Notes: generated by a model from the letters alone, not told the origin. Shown: positions 53,253 to 63,660, counted from the stretch's first letter. The stretch is 64,000 bases of DNA from a bacterium (GCA_963693055.1 OY843751.1:5824001-5888000), one strand, 5' to 3'. Translations and numbers: made by a program.

Positions 53253-53652
53253 ACCTCGCTCGATAGAGTTCATACTCTACCAGTTGCCGGCCTATATATG
53301 GGCTATTGTAATTCTAGCTTTAACATCGTATCCATCCATAAAGTTGCCGGATATTGGATTTGATCCTGTAGACAAGCTTGCACACTTTGGCGTGTATTTC
53401 ATTCTGTCTGCGCTAGTGTTGCGAGCTATTGTAAAAAATGGGCCGGTTGTGAAACAAAATCAATGGAACAAGGGTATATTAATCAGCAGCATTTTTGCAA
53501 TATTTGATGAACTTCACCAAATTCCAATACCCGGCAGACAAGGTGATATTATGGATTTTCTTGCAGATTTTCTGGGAATTTTATTTGCCGGATTGCTATT
53601 TAAACTACTATATATTCTGATTCAAAAGCACAGGATTAAAAATGCAAATTAA
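53245..53652 (+). CDS. VanZ-family membrane protein
   Basis: DKLAHFGVY, DELHQ.PIPGR, DFLADFLG. Confidence 0.9.
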   Translation: MDKPRSIEFILYQLPAYIWAIVILALTSYPSIKLPDIGFDPVDKLAHFGVYFILSALVLRAIVKNGPVVKQNQWNKGILISSIFAIFDELHQIPIPGRQGDIMDFLADFLGILFAGLLFKLLYILIQKHRIKNAN

Positions 53653-54301
53653 ACATTTTTTTAGCTGGATAATAATTGGACTGGTATTCGGGATATTTTC
53701 TCCTGCTTTTTCCCAAAGCTATTATGCTTATAACCAACCCCGGATTTCTTTTGGTGGAGATGCAGCCTTTTTCAGGATCTCTTTTGATGGATTTGATGAA
53801 ATATATTCAAATAAATGGGGCGCATCCGTTGGAGCATTTGCATCTGCTCGTTTTTACAAAAGTTATTATGCTGTAATTAAATACGGCCAATTTTCAAAAA
53901 ACGGCAAATCCGGAACCTATAAAGATACTGACTATAATCTTGAAAATGCCAAATGGGATGAAAAATGGTACAAAATAGGTGTCAGAGTTCACCCGCCCAT
54001 TGATAACAAGTTTAGTTCATATTACGGCTTTGGAATAGGATTTTTTGACGTTCAGGAAGCTGTAGACATTTCAATTTTTACTGTTGATGATACGGCTACT
54101 GCAATTAAAGCTGAATCAGATAACGATTTGGGAAGCGGCTTTTACCTTGAGCTGGGTATTGAATATTTTCCGGTTCCTTTTATGGCAATCTATAGTGAAT
54201 TTGATATATCATCAGGGAGCTATAATGGCAGACCCGGATTTGAAGCCACAAGCGTTGGAGGCTATCGATTATCTCTAGGTATAGCAATTTACCCCTTTTA
54301 A
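53642..54301 (+). CDS. Putative small outer-membrane beta-barrel protein
   Basis: Signal peptide; alternating beta-strands; terminal YPF. Confidence 0.6.
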   Translation: MQIKHFFSWIIIGLVFGIFSPAFSQSYYAYNQPRISFGGDAAFFRISFDGFDEIYSNKWGASVGAFASARFYKSYYAVIKYGQFSKNGKSGTYKDTDYNLENAKWDEKWYKIGVRVHPPIDNKFSSYYGFGIGFFDVQEAVDISIFTVDDTATAIKAESDNDLGSGFYLELGIEYFPVPFMAIYSEFDISSGSYNGRPGFEATSVGGYRLSLGIAIYPF

Positions 54302-54392
54302 CAAAACAAAGCATTCTTTATATAAAATTAATTTGATTTTGCAGTATGAAATGATATATTTAAATAGACTTAATAGCATAGGAATAAATTGA

Positions 54393-54761
54393 ATGATGAA
54401 CAAAAAAGTAGAATCATTCCACGATCTGGTTGTTTGGCAAAAAAGCCATGAAATGGTATTGGAAATCTTTCAAATCACCACTAAATTTCCAAAAAAGGAC
54501 CAATCCTACCTTTCCAGCAAACTCCGGGATGTGGCAGTGATCATACCGTCCAATATTGCTATTGGATTCCAAAAGCGGGGCAAAAAAACCAAAGTCCATT
54601 ACTACAGAGTCGCCCTTACGGAAATTGAACAACTCCGGTATCTGTTAACACTTGCAGAAGATTTGGGTTACCACAAAGGCATGGAAGAAATAATGGAAAA
54701 TTGTGAGAATATCGAAAAAATGCTCAAGCGACTGATTCGGTCAATTGCCTCTCAATCATGA
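54393..54761 (+). CDS. Four-helix-bundle protein (23S rRNA IVP / bAvd-like family)
   Basis: F.DL.VWQKS, FPK, IPSNIA.G, L.LA.DLGY. Confidence 0.85.
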   Translation: MMNKKVESFHDLVVWQKSHEMVLEIFQITTKFPKKDQSYLSSKLRDVAVIIPSNIAIGFQKRGKKTKVHYYRVALTEIEQLRYLLTLAEDLGYHKGMEEIMENCENIEKMLKRLIRSIASQS

Positions 54762-54767
54762 TCTTTT

Positions 54768-54796
54768 AAGGCTGCCAAATGGCAGCCTTTTTTTTT
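54768..54796 (+). terminator. Intrinsic terminator
   Basis: AAGGCTGCCA-AA-TGGCAGCCTT followed by a T-tract. Confidence 0.85.
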
Positions 54797-54863
54797 ATTT
54801 CAATTCAATCCTAATCCGCTTGTATATCAAAAAACACAATAATAAAATTGTTGCCATCAGGAC

Positions 54864-54889
54864 AAAAAAACCCTGTCGAAATGACAGGG
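54864..54889 (-). terminator. Intrinsic terminator for the DUF4954 gene
   Basis: A7, then CCCTGTC-GAAAT-GACAGGG. Confidence 0.75.
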
Positions 54890-54897
54890 CTAGACAA

Positions 54898-56859
54898 TTA
54901 TGATTGCAACAAATTGCTTACTTTTTCAAGCTCTTTCTTTTTATCCTGAAAGTATTCTCGTATTTCCCCAATGATCATATGAGATTCATATTCACCTCGC
55001 ACGGCAGCAAAATCCGCATAGCGGTCCTGCTCAGTTCCATTGTGTCCATAGCTGATTCTAACATCCGGTGCAAACTCTTTTAGTGCGTCTGTCAACAACA
55101 AATCATGATAAAAATCAATGGCCTGCTCATAAATTGTGGAAAACTCTTTCAAGTTATCCACATTCCAGTCTTTGGGATGAATTCCAGTCCGATCTTCCAG
55201 TTGTTTACAAATCCAGGGCATAAGATATGACTGATAATTAAAATGAATTCCACAAACAATAGGTCTAAACTGTGAAAGGCTGCTGATTCTACCATTTTCA
55301 ACATCTTCCATTACATTATGCAATGCTTCCCTGGGAGCAACCATGCCGGCAATATCCAGCCACTCACCTTCAGCAATCTTGTTTTCAGTGGCAAGTGAGG
55401 TTGTCCACTCCTTAAAAGACATCTCTTTTCCTATACTGCGAATCAAAAATTTACCCAGGAAAAAATTTATAGACCGGTCATATAGTTCAATTCCACGCGC
55501 AATAGCGTTTTTCTTGATAATACATCCATTATACTCCACATCATTTTCTCCAAAGCCCCTGAGAAGTGCTAATGCCTTGATCATTTTTTCTACTGTATAA
55601 GTGGTAAATACATTGGGATGAATACGGTCAATCAAAACCGGATCTTTTCGGTTATCTCTACGTGGCCATTTTACAGCATCACGAAACATACCAACGGATT
55701 TTAAATTGATACCGGGTATTAATGTGGTAGTGCCATCTGTATTACCAATAACATAAGAAAAAGGCATGTTGGAAGTGTCTGGATGGGTATATACCCTGCC
55801 CATAATCATAGAAAAGGCACCAATTTGAGCAGGCCACATAATATAGGCGTTACTTGCTGTTTTACAACCCCGTTCCATAATGCCCTGGTGTATGGGGCCC
55901 AGTTTATATAAATGATTACTCTGATTTGTGCCGCTGCCCGCATTCCAGTAGGATACAATTCCGGCAATAATTAAAGAAGATTTATGGTCTGTTAAAGTAA
56001 AGGGACCAATAAAAGCTGAAAAAGCCTCTCCATTCAAACATACACTATTGCCAAAAACCAAAAGATTTTCTCCTGAAAATTGCCCACCTATTCGGCTGGC
56101 CTGTCCCAGAAAAAAATTGTTAACAACAGCACCATCGTCAATAACTGAACCGGAGGATGTTATAAAGTTTTTAGCAATAACACCGCTTCCAATAAACGCA
56201 GGATCCTCTTTAACACTGTTTATGGATCCATTTTCAATGTGTTCGGCGCCCTCCAGCTTTGCATAAGGTCCAATATTGAGATTTTTTAATATTTTACAAT
56301 CCCGTACCTGTGCATGCTCACCTATTGTTCCCTGAAATGAGATCACTGTATCCGTATACATTTCAATCATGTATTCCAGTCGCTGAATTAATTTATGCCG
56401 GTGCCGGTACATTGCTAAAAAATAGGCTGTCTGAGCTGACAGTCTGTCATAAATGGGTACTTCTCTACCACCACCTTCATTTATAACTTTAACTTCTGTA
56501 CCATTTCCAAATGAAGATTCTCCCTCAACCAATAAAGTGCCAACGTTTTCAATAACAACATGGTTTTTTATCCTGTAATTGGCAATGGTAGTATGTACAT
56601 TCGCTATAAAAACATTGTCTTCAATAACACAATTGTGGATAACAGCATTTTCAATCCCTGAATGAAAGGCCCGTCCCCCTGGCAAAGCTATCGTTTTGGA
56701 ATTATTACCAAGTAATACATCTCCGGAGAATCTGACATTTCGAAAAAATTCCGGCTGGAATCCAGGTTTAACTTTAATCATCTCCCACGATTGGGAATAA
56801 CAACCATTTGATTCTAGTATCTCAATATCTCGAACTGTTAGCGATCTATAATCATCCAT
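54898..56859 (-). CDS. DUF4954-family protein (beta-helix-like N-terminal half)
   Basis: FGNGTEV.VINEGGGREV.IYD.LSAQ.AY, NAGSGTNQSNH.YKLGP.HQG. Confidence 0.82.
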   Translation of the reverse strand: MDDYRSLTVRDIEILESNGCYSQSWEMIKVKPGFQPEFFRNVRFSGDVLLGNNSKTIALPGGRAFHSGIENAVIHNCVIEDNVFIANVHTTIANYRIKNHVVIENVGTLLVEGESSFGNGTEVKVINEGGGREVPIYDRLSAQTAYFLAMYRHRHKLIQRLEYMIEMYTDTVISFQGTIGEHAQVRDCKILKNLNIGPYAKLEGAEHIENGSINSVKEDPAFIGSGVIAKNFITSSGSVIDDGAVVNNFFLGQASRIGGQFSGENLLVFGNSVCLNGEAFSAFIGPFTLTDHKSSLIIAGIVSYWNAGSGTNQSNHLYKLGPIHQGIMERGCKTASNAYIMWPAQIGAFSMIMGRVYTHPDTSNMPFSYVIGNTDGTTTLIPGINLKSVGMFRDAVKWPRRDNRKDPVLIDRIHPNVFTTYTVEKMIKALALLRGFGENDVEYNGCIIKKNAIARGIELYDRSINFFLGKFLIRSIGKEMSFKEWTTSLATENKIAEGEWLDIAGMVAPREALHNVMEDVENGRISSLSQFRPIVCGIHFNYQSYLMPWICKQLEDRTGIHPKDWNVDNLKEFSTIYEQAIDFYHDLLLTDALKEFAPDVRISYGHNGTEQDRYADFAAVRGEYESHMIIGEIREYFQDKKKELEKVSNLLQS

Positions 56860-56877
56860 AAAATACTCCGGGATATT

Positions 56878-57180
56878 TTATTTTGGCAACTTGATCTGCC
56901 GTTTTGATTTATCTTCATTCTGGCGATAAAATAGCGCGGTGTGTCCTACACCGCCAACCCAATGGCATTGACATTTCTCAGCAATTTGCACATTAAAGTT
57001 CTTTTTCTCTTCTTTAAATTCATTATACTTGATTTTGAGCAGCTCGTGCGCTTCTAACGCTTCATTAATAGATTCAAGCACTTCACCTGACAGTCCGTTT
57101 TTACCAATCAATATAATCGGTTTCAGAGGATTAGCAAGACCCCTCAGGTATTTTTTTTGTGCTCCGGTTAATTCCTGCAT
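56878..57180 (-). CDS. yhbY: YhbY-family (CRM domain) RNA-binding protein
   Basis: LT..QKKYLRGLA..LKP...IGKNG, HELLKIK. Confidence 0.92.
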   Translation of the reverse strand: MQELTGAQKKYLRGLANPLKPIILIGKNGLSGEVLESINEALEAHELLKIKYNEFKEEKKNFNVQIAEKCQCHWVGGVGHTALFYRQNEDKSKRQIKLPK

Positions 57181-57196
57181 GTTTATTATCCTTTAT

Positions 57197-58375
57197 TTAA
57201 AAAGCTTTAATAATCCCCTCGCACAACCAGTTTGCAACCGCCTGTCTGTTATTTTCGAGAACCAGACGGTCCTGGTCAAGAGGATTACGTATATTTCCTA
57301 ATTCTATATATACTGCCGTTGGTACGGTTTTACGGAGCATATGCAAATCTCTTGTAAGAACTTTGCCTCCATAACCTCTACCGGGCTGGTGTATAGCATA
57401 TTTATTTTTTACTGTCTTGTAAAGAGTTGTGGCCAGTTTTTTACTTGCCGCAACACCTTTTTCATAATAATAAAAAATATCTATCCGTTTTGAATACGAT
57501 CTTGAATCAACATGAATAATCACAACCTGTTGTGTAGAATAGACAGCTTTGTTTTGGTTATATAACTGGTTTATGATTTCCGCGCGCTTGTCAAGGCGAG
57601 TGACCGTTTGTGCAGAAATCTTGTGTCCGCCATAATAGATTTCATCACTGTCACATTTCAAATAATGACTGTCTCTGATTCCATCATTCTGGTCCCGAAC
57701 AATCATGTAAACTTTGGCGCCATGCTCTAAAAGTCTGCGTGCCAGCCGGAGTGTGATATCATATGCGTATTCATCTTCACACATTTTATTACGCGCGCGC
57801 TTTCCAATGGCCCCGGGATCAGGCCCGCCATGTCCGCTTACAAGGTAATAGACAGCACCTTTAAGCTGATTATCTACCAGCTTTACATTTTTATATTTTT
57901 CACCAAATATGGGAAACGTATTATTTCCGCCCAGACTCACAGTTTCATGTTTGATCTCTACGGATTCCGGCATCATACTGAACGGTACCCATAATTTCAA
58001 ATCACGGGTATATAACTGGCTTTTTACACCGGTTCGGGTTACTTCCCGGTTATAATTTTCTATTGATTTTGCATGTAGATAATCATTATAACCCAAAGTT
58101 GAACGAATTGTTTTCCCATCAAATGTCAACTGATATAATGGCAGCTCATATGTTTTCCCACTGATCAGCTCAGATTTGTTGTTTAATTTATCCGAGTTGA
58201 TGGTTTTAAATTCATTTATATATTCAACCGTGGTGGGTAAATTATAACGCCTTAACAAGGCATATATCCCATCACCTGTTTTGGGTACAGTTGTAACGTA
58301 TTCAATTCCAAATAGAGGAAAAACAAAACAAACAAAAAAACAAATAAATAATGCAGTGCGGGTCTTTGTATCCAT
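57197..58375 (-). CDS. N-acetylmuramoyl-L-alanine amidase (Amidase_3)
   Basis: Signal peptide; SGHGGPDPGA, E, IHVD, YIELGNI; LysM-like GDGIYALLRRY N-terminus. Confidence 0.88.
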   Translation of the reverse strand: MDTKTRTALFICFFVCFVFPLFGIEYVTTVPKTGDGIYALLRRYNLPTTVEYINEFKTINSDKLNNKSELISGKTYELPLYQLTFDGKTIRSTLGYNDYLHAKSIENYNREVTRTGVKSQLYTRDLKLWVPFSMMPESVEIKHETVSLGGNNTFPIFGEKYKNVKLVDNQLKGAVYYLVSGHGGPDPGAIGKRARNKMCEDEYAYDITLRLARRLLEHGAKVYMIVRDQNDGIRDSHYLKCDSDEIYYGGHKISAQTVTRLDKRAEIINQLYNQNKAVYSTQQVVIIHVDSRSYSKRIDIFYYYEKGVAASKKLATTLYKTVKNKYAIHQPGRGYGGKVLTRDLHMLRKTVPTAVYIELGNIRNPLDQDRLVLENNRQAVANWLCEGIIKAF

Positions 58376-58380
58376 ATGTG

Positions 58381-58761
58381 TTAATCAGCTCTGTGGTTCA
58401 GCAGTTGTTTAATTGAATTCATCAAATCTTCCAAAGTCAGGGGTTTTACCAGATATTTGTAAAGCGGATTCGTGATCGCTTTGTTCATTAATTCCTTTTC
58501 AGAATGTGCACTTATAAACAAGACCGGTGTAGGACACTGTTTCTGAATCGCGTCTGCAGTTTCAAATCCGTCCAGTTTACCATCCAATAAAACATCCATT
58601 AATACAATATCGGGTTTAACTGTTTTAATACTTTCCAGCGCATCTTCACCGGTATAAACAATATCAACAACCTGATACCCATTTGACTCTAGCTTTAATT
58701 TTGTATCTTGGGCTATAATTGCCTCATCCTCAACAACCAGGACCTTTTTCTTGCTCAACAT
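58381..58761 (-). CDS. Single-domain response regulator receiver
   Basis: VLVVEDE, DIVLMDV, SAH, LVKP; ATG 58761 after GGGAGGG. Confidence 0.92.
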   Translation of the reverse strand: MLSKKKVLVVEDEAIIAQDTKLKLESNGYQVVDIVYTGEDALESIKTVKPDIVLMDVLLDGKLDGFETADAIQKQCPTPVLFISAHSEKELMNKAITNPLYKYLVKPLTLEDLMNSIKQLLNHRAD

Positions 58762-58828
58762 CCCTCCCTTACAGACCGCGGGTCTCATTCACTTTTAAAG
58801 CAATTGAAATATGTCGCAATTGGCTCTA

Positions 58829-60607
58829 TTAATTATTATTTATTTTTTCAATTAAAACTACTAAATCATTATCAATAGATTTTGATGGAGTACCAAATTC
58901 AATATTACCAGGTCCTGATACTGTCTCAACAGACCCATTATAAAGATCTCCCCCTGTTAACGGATTGTACCATTTAACAGTAAAAGATCCTTCTAACAAT
59001 TGAATACGAGAATTGATACCATCCGGTAAATAAATCACATAAATAAAACCAAGCTTTGCAAAGCACCAGGCGTTTTCGTTGGATAACAGTTCGTCATGAG
59101 CTTTCATTTCCCAGAATGGTAAATATTGATTGAAAAAATCCAACGCGTTGCGGGTTTGATCCCACATGTTTTCACGAGATCGCCAATCTTCACAATTCAA
59201 GTCATTATTCTCATATTTATAACCAAAATACCATTCGCAGCCACTACCGCCGGCTAAAAGATTTCCCCACAGGCCATATCTTCTCACCTCATCATGTGTA
59301 GAATCATCTACATCGGGTTTAACACCGGTGTTTGCAGGCCCTATCTCATCCAGGCAGACAAACCACAAATTTCCGTTTTTTTCAGACAGATCGAGCCATT
59401 TAAGCGTCTCGCTATGGGTTTTTCTTACATCGCCCATTTGCAATGAAGGTCCATCAAAATTCTCATCATCAAGCAATAGTGTATAAACCTTGTCATATTG
59501 ATTGGGAAAAGTATGCACAACTATAGGATGCTGATATGGATCATTCGATTTTATATAGTCTGCAAATGCCTTCCGTTGCGCATCGGTATTGGTGTTTTCT
59601 TCACCAAGGTTCCATACAAGTGCCGGGTGATGTGCAAAACGGGCTATCAATTCTCTGTAATATAATTTTCTTTCAACATCCAACTCGCCTTTATCAAGCA
59701 GTGTATCATTTTCAGTTTCCTGGGTAATTACATGCATCATTAAACCCAGCTTGTCCATATGAGAAAATACAATTTCCCACTGATCCAGTTTGCTGCAATC
59801 ATATCTCTCACGCTGGTCTGGTGCAATCCAGGGCCAAACATCATCCCCGTCACCCTCTACATTCATAGTCAAAAAATAGACCGAATTCATTCCTTTGGAT
59901 GCAAGATAGTTGAGAGCACCTATTATATTCTTCCCTTTAAAGTTCTGCCATAAAGGGTCACCCTCATTCCAATCCTGAGAATGAGGTTCATATTGATGCG
60001 TTGGTTTTGGAGTACCATCAAATTCATAATAAGCTAAAAAATTCTCGGGACTGTCTGCCCCGCCTTTGAGAAAATATTCGCCTGTTTCTGTAAATTGCAA
60101 ATAGTGTTCTCCAATATGACAAAGCTGGCCTTTTCCTCTAAAATCCTGGCCTGTTTTATCGGTTTTTAATATTTCTATAGAGCCCTTTAGCCCATCCGAA
60201 CCTAAAGGCTTTCCAGCATCCATATCATCGTCTAGCGCAATCATATATCCTTTTCGAAAAGATATTGAATACTCCCAAACACCTTCTCTGCCAGGCATAA
60301 AATGCGCCTTCCAAACATTCCCGGAGCTAGAACCGGATTCAGCTGCATTTCCATCTGCCGCAAAAAAACCAGGTATCGTAATTCGATGATTGTCCTGAGT
60401 CAAGGTAATAAGCAATCTAAAATTCAAAAAAGGATTAACGTGATCATCCTCAGAGGCTTGTGGTCCTTTAACAACGAATGTAACCCGGTGCCAGGTTTTG
60501 AGCTCACCTTGAATTTGTACATCATTCCGGGACGCACAGCCTGCAAACAAAAAAACAATTAATAAATAAAATAATTTATTTTTAATCATGCGATATACTC
60601 CAAACAA
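58829..60607 (-). CDS. DUF5060 / putative glycoside hydrolase lipoprotein with C-terminal collagen-binding-like domain
   Basis: Lipobox FAGC; GFFAADGNAA, FLKGGADSPENFLAY, WNLGEEN, DE.GP, WYNP..G. Confidence 0.75.
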   Translation of the reverse strand: MFGVYRMIKNKLFYLLIVFLFAGCASRNDVQIQGELKTWHRVTFVVKGPQASEDDHVNPFLNFRLLITLTQDNHRITIPGFFAADGNAAESGSSSGNVWKAHFMPGREGVWEYSISFRKGYMIALDDDMDAGKPLGSDGLKGSIEILKTDKTGQDFRGKGQLCHIGEHYLQFTETGEYFLKGGADSPENFLAYYEFDGTPKPTHQYEPHSQDWNEGDPLWQNFKGKNIIGALNYLASKGMNSVYFLTMNVEGDGDDVWPWIAPDQRERYDCSKLDQWEIVFSHMDKLGLMMHVITQETENDTLLDKGELDVERKLYYRELIARFAHHPALVWNLGEENTNTDAQRKAFADYIKSNDPYQHPIVVHTFPNQYDKVYTLLLDDENFDGPSLQMGDVRKTHSETLKWLDLSEKNGNLWFVCLDEIGPANTGVKPDVDDSTHDEVRRYGLWGNLLAGGSGCEWYFGYKYENNDLNCEDWRSRENMWDQTRNALDFFNQYLPFWEMKAHDELLSNENAWCFAKLGFIYVIYLPDGINSRIQLLEGSFTVKWYNPLTGGDLYNGSVETVSGPGNIEFGTPSKSIDNDLVVLIEKINNN

Positions 60608-60759
60608 ATATATCCCGAATTGCGCAGAATCACAAGTACTATTTAATACAAACAGCTTCTTTCCTCATTAAAATCAGCACTTTAATATATATTTTTCATT
60701 TTTAAGATTCAAGCAGAAAGGAAATTGTTTTAGAGCATATCTAACTCACAAAACAAACC

Positions 60760-60767
60760 GACCGGTC
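60760..60767. promoter_or_regulatory. Palindrome GACCGGTC within a TetR-like operator sequence (AAACCGACCGGTCTAT)
   Basis: GC-rich palindrome in the AT-rich region upstream of the DUF5060 gene. Confidence 0.35.
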
Positions 60768-60803
60768 TATAAAATTTCTATAAAACATTGATTTTTTTGT
60801 TGG

Positions 60804-60844
60804 TTATCCACACAAAAAACTTGCCCTTTAACCTGTGTGGATAA
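60804..60844. promoter_or_regulatory. Inverted pair of consensus DnaA boxes
   Basis: TTATCCACA at 60804-60812 and TGTGGATAA at 60836-60844, both intergenic. Confidence 0.55.
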
Positions 60845-60880
60845 GTCTTTTTTTATTTTGATATATACAAAACCAAAAAA

Positions 60881-62755
60881 TCACAGAGGAAAATTTATCA
60901 CAAACTCTACACCAGGCTGATTATTTTTCAATTCAAGCTTGCCATTTATTTGTTTGGATAAAACTTTGACAAGCATAAACCCCATAGACTCTGCTTTCCA
61001 AAAATCAATCTCTTTGCTTATGCCGACACCATCATCTCTAACCTCGAGTCTACACATATTCTGTTCCAGTTCAGCATTGATGCTCAAACATCCCTTAATA
61101 TTATTCGGGAACGCATGCTTGACAGCATTGGTAATCAATTCATTTACTATTAATCCGCAGGATATTGCCTTGTCCAACTCCAAATACATATTATTCACAT
61201 TGACAGAAAATGTAACATTATCAAATACTGAATATGAATAAAAGATCTCCTGAGTGATGGATTCAATATATTCTTTAAAATCAATTTTTGAAAAATTTTC
61301 TGATCTGTACATCTTTTCATGTACTATGGCCATTGAATAAATACGGTTCTTGCTTTCCAAAAATGCTTGTTGTATAACGGAATCATTACTTTGACTTGCC
61401 TGAATGCTGAGTAAACTGGTTATGATCTGTAAATTATTTTTAACCCGATGATGAATTTCTTTTAACAAGATCTCTTTTTCTTTTAATTCGTTTTTAACAA
61501 TTTCTTCAGCATTCTTTTTCATGGTAATGTCTGATATAAATCCCTCAATAAACAACAGCTCATTATTCTCGCCAAAAACACCCACACCCCGCTCTAAAAC
61601 ATATTTTACTTTATTTTTTGCTGTGAGTATTCTATATTCCAATTCAAATTGTTTACCGGTAGAAAGCGCACTAGACACATTATTCACAACATATTCTCGA
61701 TCATCCGGATGAATGATATTCGCATAAGTTAATTTTTTATTATGTATAAAATTTTTGACTTTATACCCAGTTAATTCTTTACAACCACTGCTTATAAACA
61801 ACATGGTCCAATATTGATCATTTTTACAGCGATACGCCATACCCGGTAAATTATGAAACAAGGTTAACAGCATTCTCTGTGATTCTTGCAACTCTCCTAT
61901 AGACTGTTTTGCCTTTGTTATATCCAACACTGTAAAAATAACATCACTGGTAATACTTTTGTGCTTTATGGGAGTAAACGTCAAAAGAACATTAATTAAC
62001 TTTTGATCTTTTCGTTTCCAAACGGTACTAATCGTTGCAACGCCCTGCTCAAGTATCTGTGCGTTTATCTTTTTCGCAAACCGTTTAAAATCAAGATTTG
62101 ATGAAAAAAGCATATCAATTCTTTTGCCCAACAGCTCTGTAACAGTAAACCCTGTAATCTCGCATGTAATAGAATTTACTTTTTGGAAAGTATGGTGATT
62201 TATAACCCCGGTTCCTGCTTTACTTTCTTGAATAATTTCTCGTAGAAATGGATCAGAACTTGCATTTTTTTTGTAAAATTCTAATTCTGATACATCAAGA
62301 AAATTACCAACAAGCTTAACAGAACCATTTGATTCTTGCAATATTTCAGGCTCAAGCCTGAACCACTTTATCTTTCTTTCTTTATTAATAATCCGAACCA
62401 GTATTGAACTCGGTTCTTGCTTCTCAATAATTAATTTAAACCCCTGAATTACTTTGATTTGATCTTCAGGGAATATATATTCTGAAACCAGATCTGATAA
62501 TTTAGCATCGACATTTCGGGTGTCAACTCTCTCGTCGTCCATCCAAATTGAACAAGAACAATTTATTTCGTCTGAAAAAGGATCCCACTCGAATGAACCC
62601 GTTACTGAAATATCATAAAGACGACCTATTAACGCTTCTCTTTTCTTGAATAACAAAAGGTCTTGCTTTAATAAACGATTCTCCCTTTCAAGCAGCGAAA
62701 TCCGCTCCACAGGATTTTCGTTTTCTGCGACAGATTTTGTGTTATTGTTTTTCAT
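60881..62755 (-). CDS. Multi-PAS HisKA_2-type sensor histidine kinase
   Basis: NLPGMAYRC, IHPDDRE PAS motifs; [16 protein letters not shown]; NELITNAVKHAF; DDGVG. Confidence 0.92.
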   Translation of the reverse strand: MKNNNTKSVAENENPVERISLLERENRLLKQDLLLFKKREALIGRLYDISVTGSFEWDPFSDEINCSCSIWMDDERVDTRNVDAKLSDLVSEYIFPEDQIKVIQGFKLIIEKQEPSSILVRIINKERKIKWFRLEPEILQESNGSVKLVGNFLDVSELEFYKKNASSDPFLREIIQESKAGTGVINHHTFQKVNSITCEITGFTVTELLGKRIDMLFSSNLDFKRFAKKINAQILEQGVATISTVWKRKDQKLINVLLTFTPIKHKSITSDVIFTVLDITKAKQSIGELQESQRMLLTLFHNLPGMAYRCKNDQYWTMLFISSGCKELTGYKVKNFIHNKKLTYANIIHPDDREYVVNNVSSALSTGKQFELEYRILTAKNKVKYVLERGVGVFGENNELLFIEGFISDITMKKNAEEIVKNELKEKEILLKEIHHRVKNNLQIITSLLSIQASQSNDSVIQQAFLESKNRIYSMAIVHEKMYRSENFSKIDFKEYIESITQEIFYSYSVFDNVTFSVNVNNMYLELDKAISCGLIVNELITNAVKHAFPNNIKGCLSINAELEQNMCRLEVRDDGVGISKEIDFWKAESMGFMLVKVLSKQINGKLELKNNQPGVEFVINFPL

Positions 62756-62827
62756 GATTTTCTAAATAGTTAAAAAATGTAAACATCACCACTTGAACAA
62801 TATTATATCAAAAAAATGAGCCAATAA

Positions 62828-63658
62828 TCATGCCGAAATCTCAAAAGGTAGAAACAATTCTATGGTTCCGCTTGTTTTGAAATTATATTTCTCAATGCAA
62901 AAAGGCCAGGATTTCCACATATCCAGGATTCTACAATACTTTTCATATTGATACATAAATCCAAGTGTTTCAAAAGCTCCCTTGTGAGCAATTCCGATAT
63001 AATTATTTTCACTCACTACTTTTTTCACAAATGGAGTATTTTCCGGAAAAGTTTCTTTAATTTCTGCTCCAACAAACAGATAATTGTTTCTCCTTTTTGA
63101 TAAAATGCGAATGCCAAACACTTCTTTGACCAAATGATTACAAGTTTTGCATTCATCCTGAAATTGTTCAATCCTTCTCTCATCATTCGGATTAAATCCC
63201 TCTTTTACAGGATACAATATTCCACATAACTCCATAGTTCGAAACCTTACATGTTTAGGTTTCAACAAGTCGTTATTGCAAACATAATAGAGATATTCTT
63301 TTTCAAATACAGGCATTGACCTTTCATGATCATTACTCAATTGTTTTTTCCATACCCCGGGAGCAACTTTATAAATCCGCCTGAACGCCCGAATAAACGT
63401 TTCCGGAGAATTGAATTGCAACTCAAATGCTATTTCTATAATCTTTTTATTACTATTTTTCAATTCTTCTGCGGCAACATCTATTCTTCTTCGAACAAGA
63501 TATTCATAAGGTGTGAAATGCGTTATTCTGTTAAACAGGCGACAGAAATGATACAGAGAATAATTGGCTGCATAGGCCATGTCTCCTATTGTAATATCAT
63601 CCCTAATATGTTTTTCAACAAACCGGACTGCTTTATATATTGCTTCTACTTCTCGCAT
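62828..63658 (-). CDS. AraC-family regulator with GyrI-like effector domain
   Basis: YSLYHFCRLF, IIEIAFELQFNSPETFIRAFRR. Confidence 0.9.
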   Translation of the reverse strand: MREVEAIYKAVRFVEKHIRDDITIGDMAYAANYSLYHFCRLFNRITHFTPYEYLVRRRIDVAAEELKNSNKKIIEIAFELQFNSPETFIRAFRRIYKVAPGVWKKQLSNDHERSMPVFEKEYLYYVCNNDLLKPKHVRFRTMELCGILYPVKEGFNPNDERRIEQFQDECKTCNHLVKEVFGIRILSKRRNNYLFVGAEIKETFPENTPFVKKVVSENNYIGIAHKGAFETLGFMYQYEKYCRILDMWKSWPFCIEKYNFKTSGTIELFLPFEISA

Positions 63659-63660
63659 GA

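Noticed and set aside
54393-54761. Diversity-generating retroelement suggested by the Avd-like four-helix-bundle gene
   Set aside because: No reverse transcriptase and no template/variable repeat pair seen in the window
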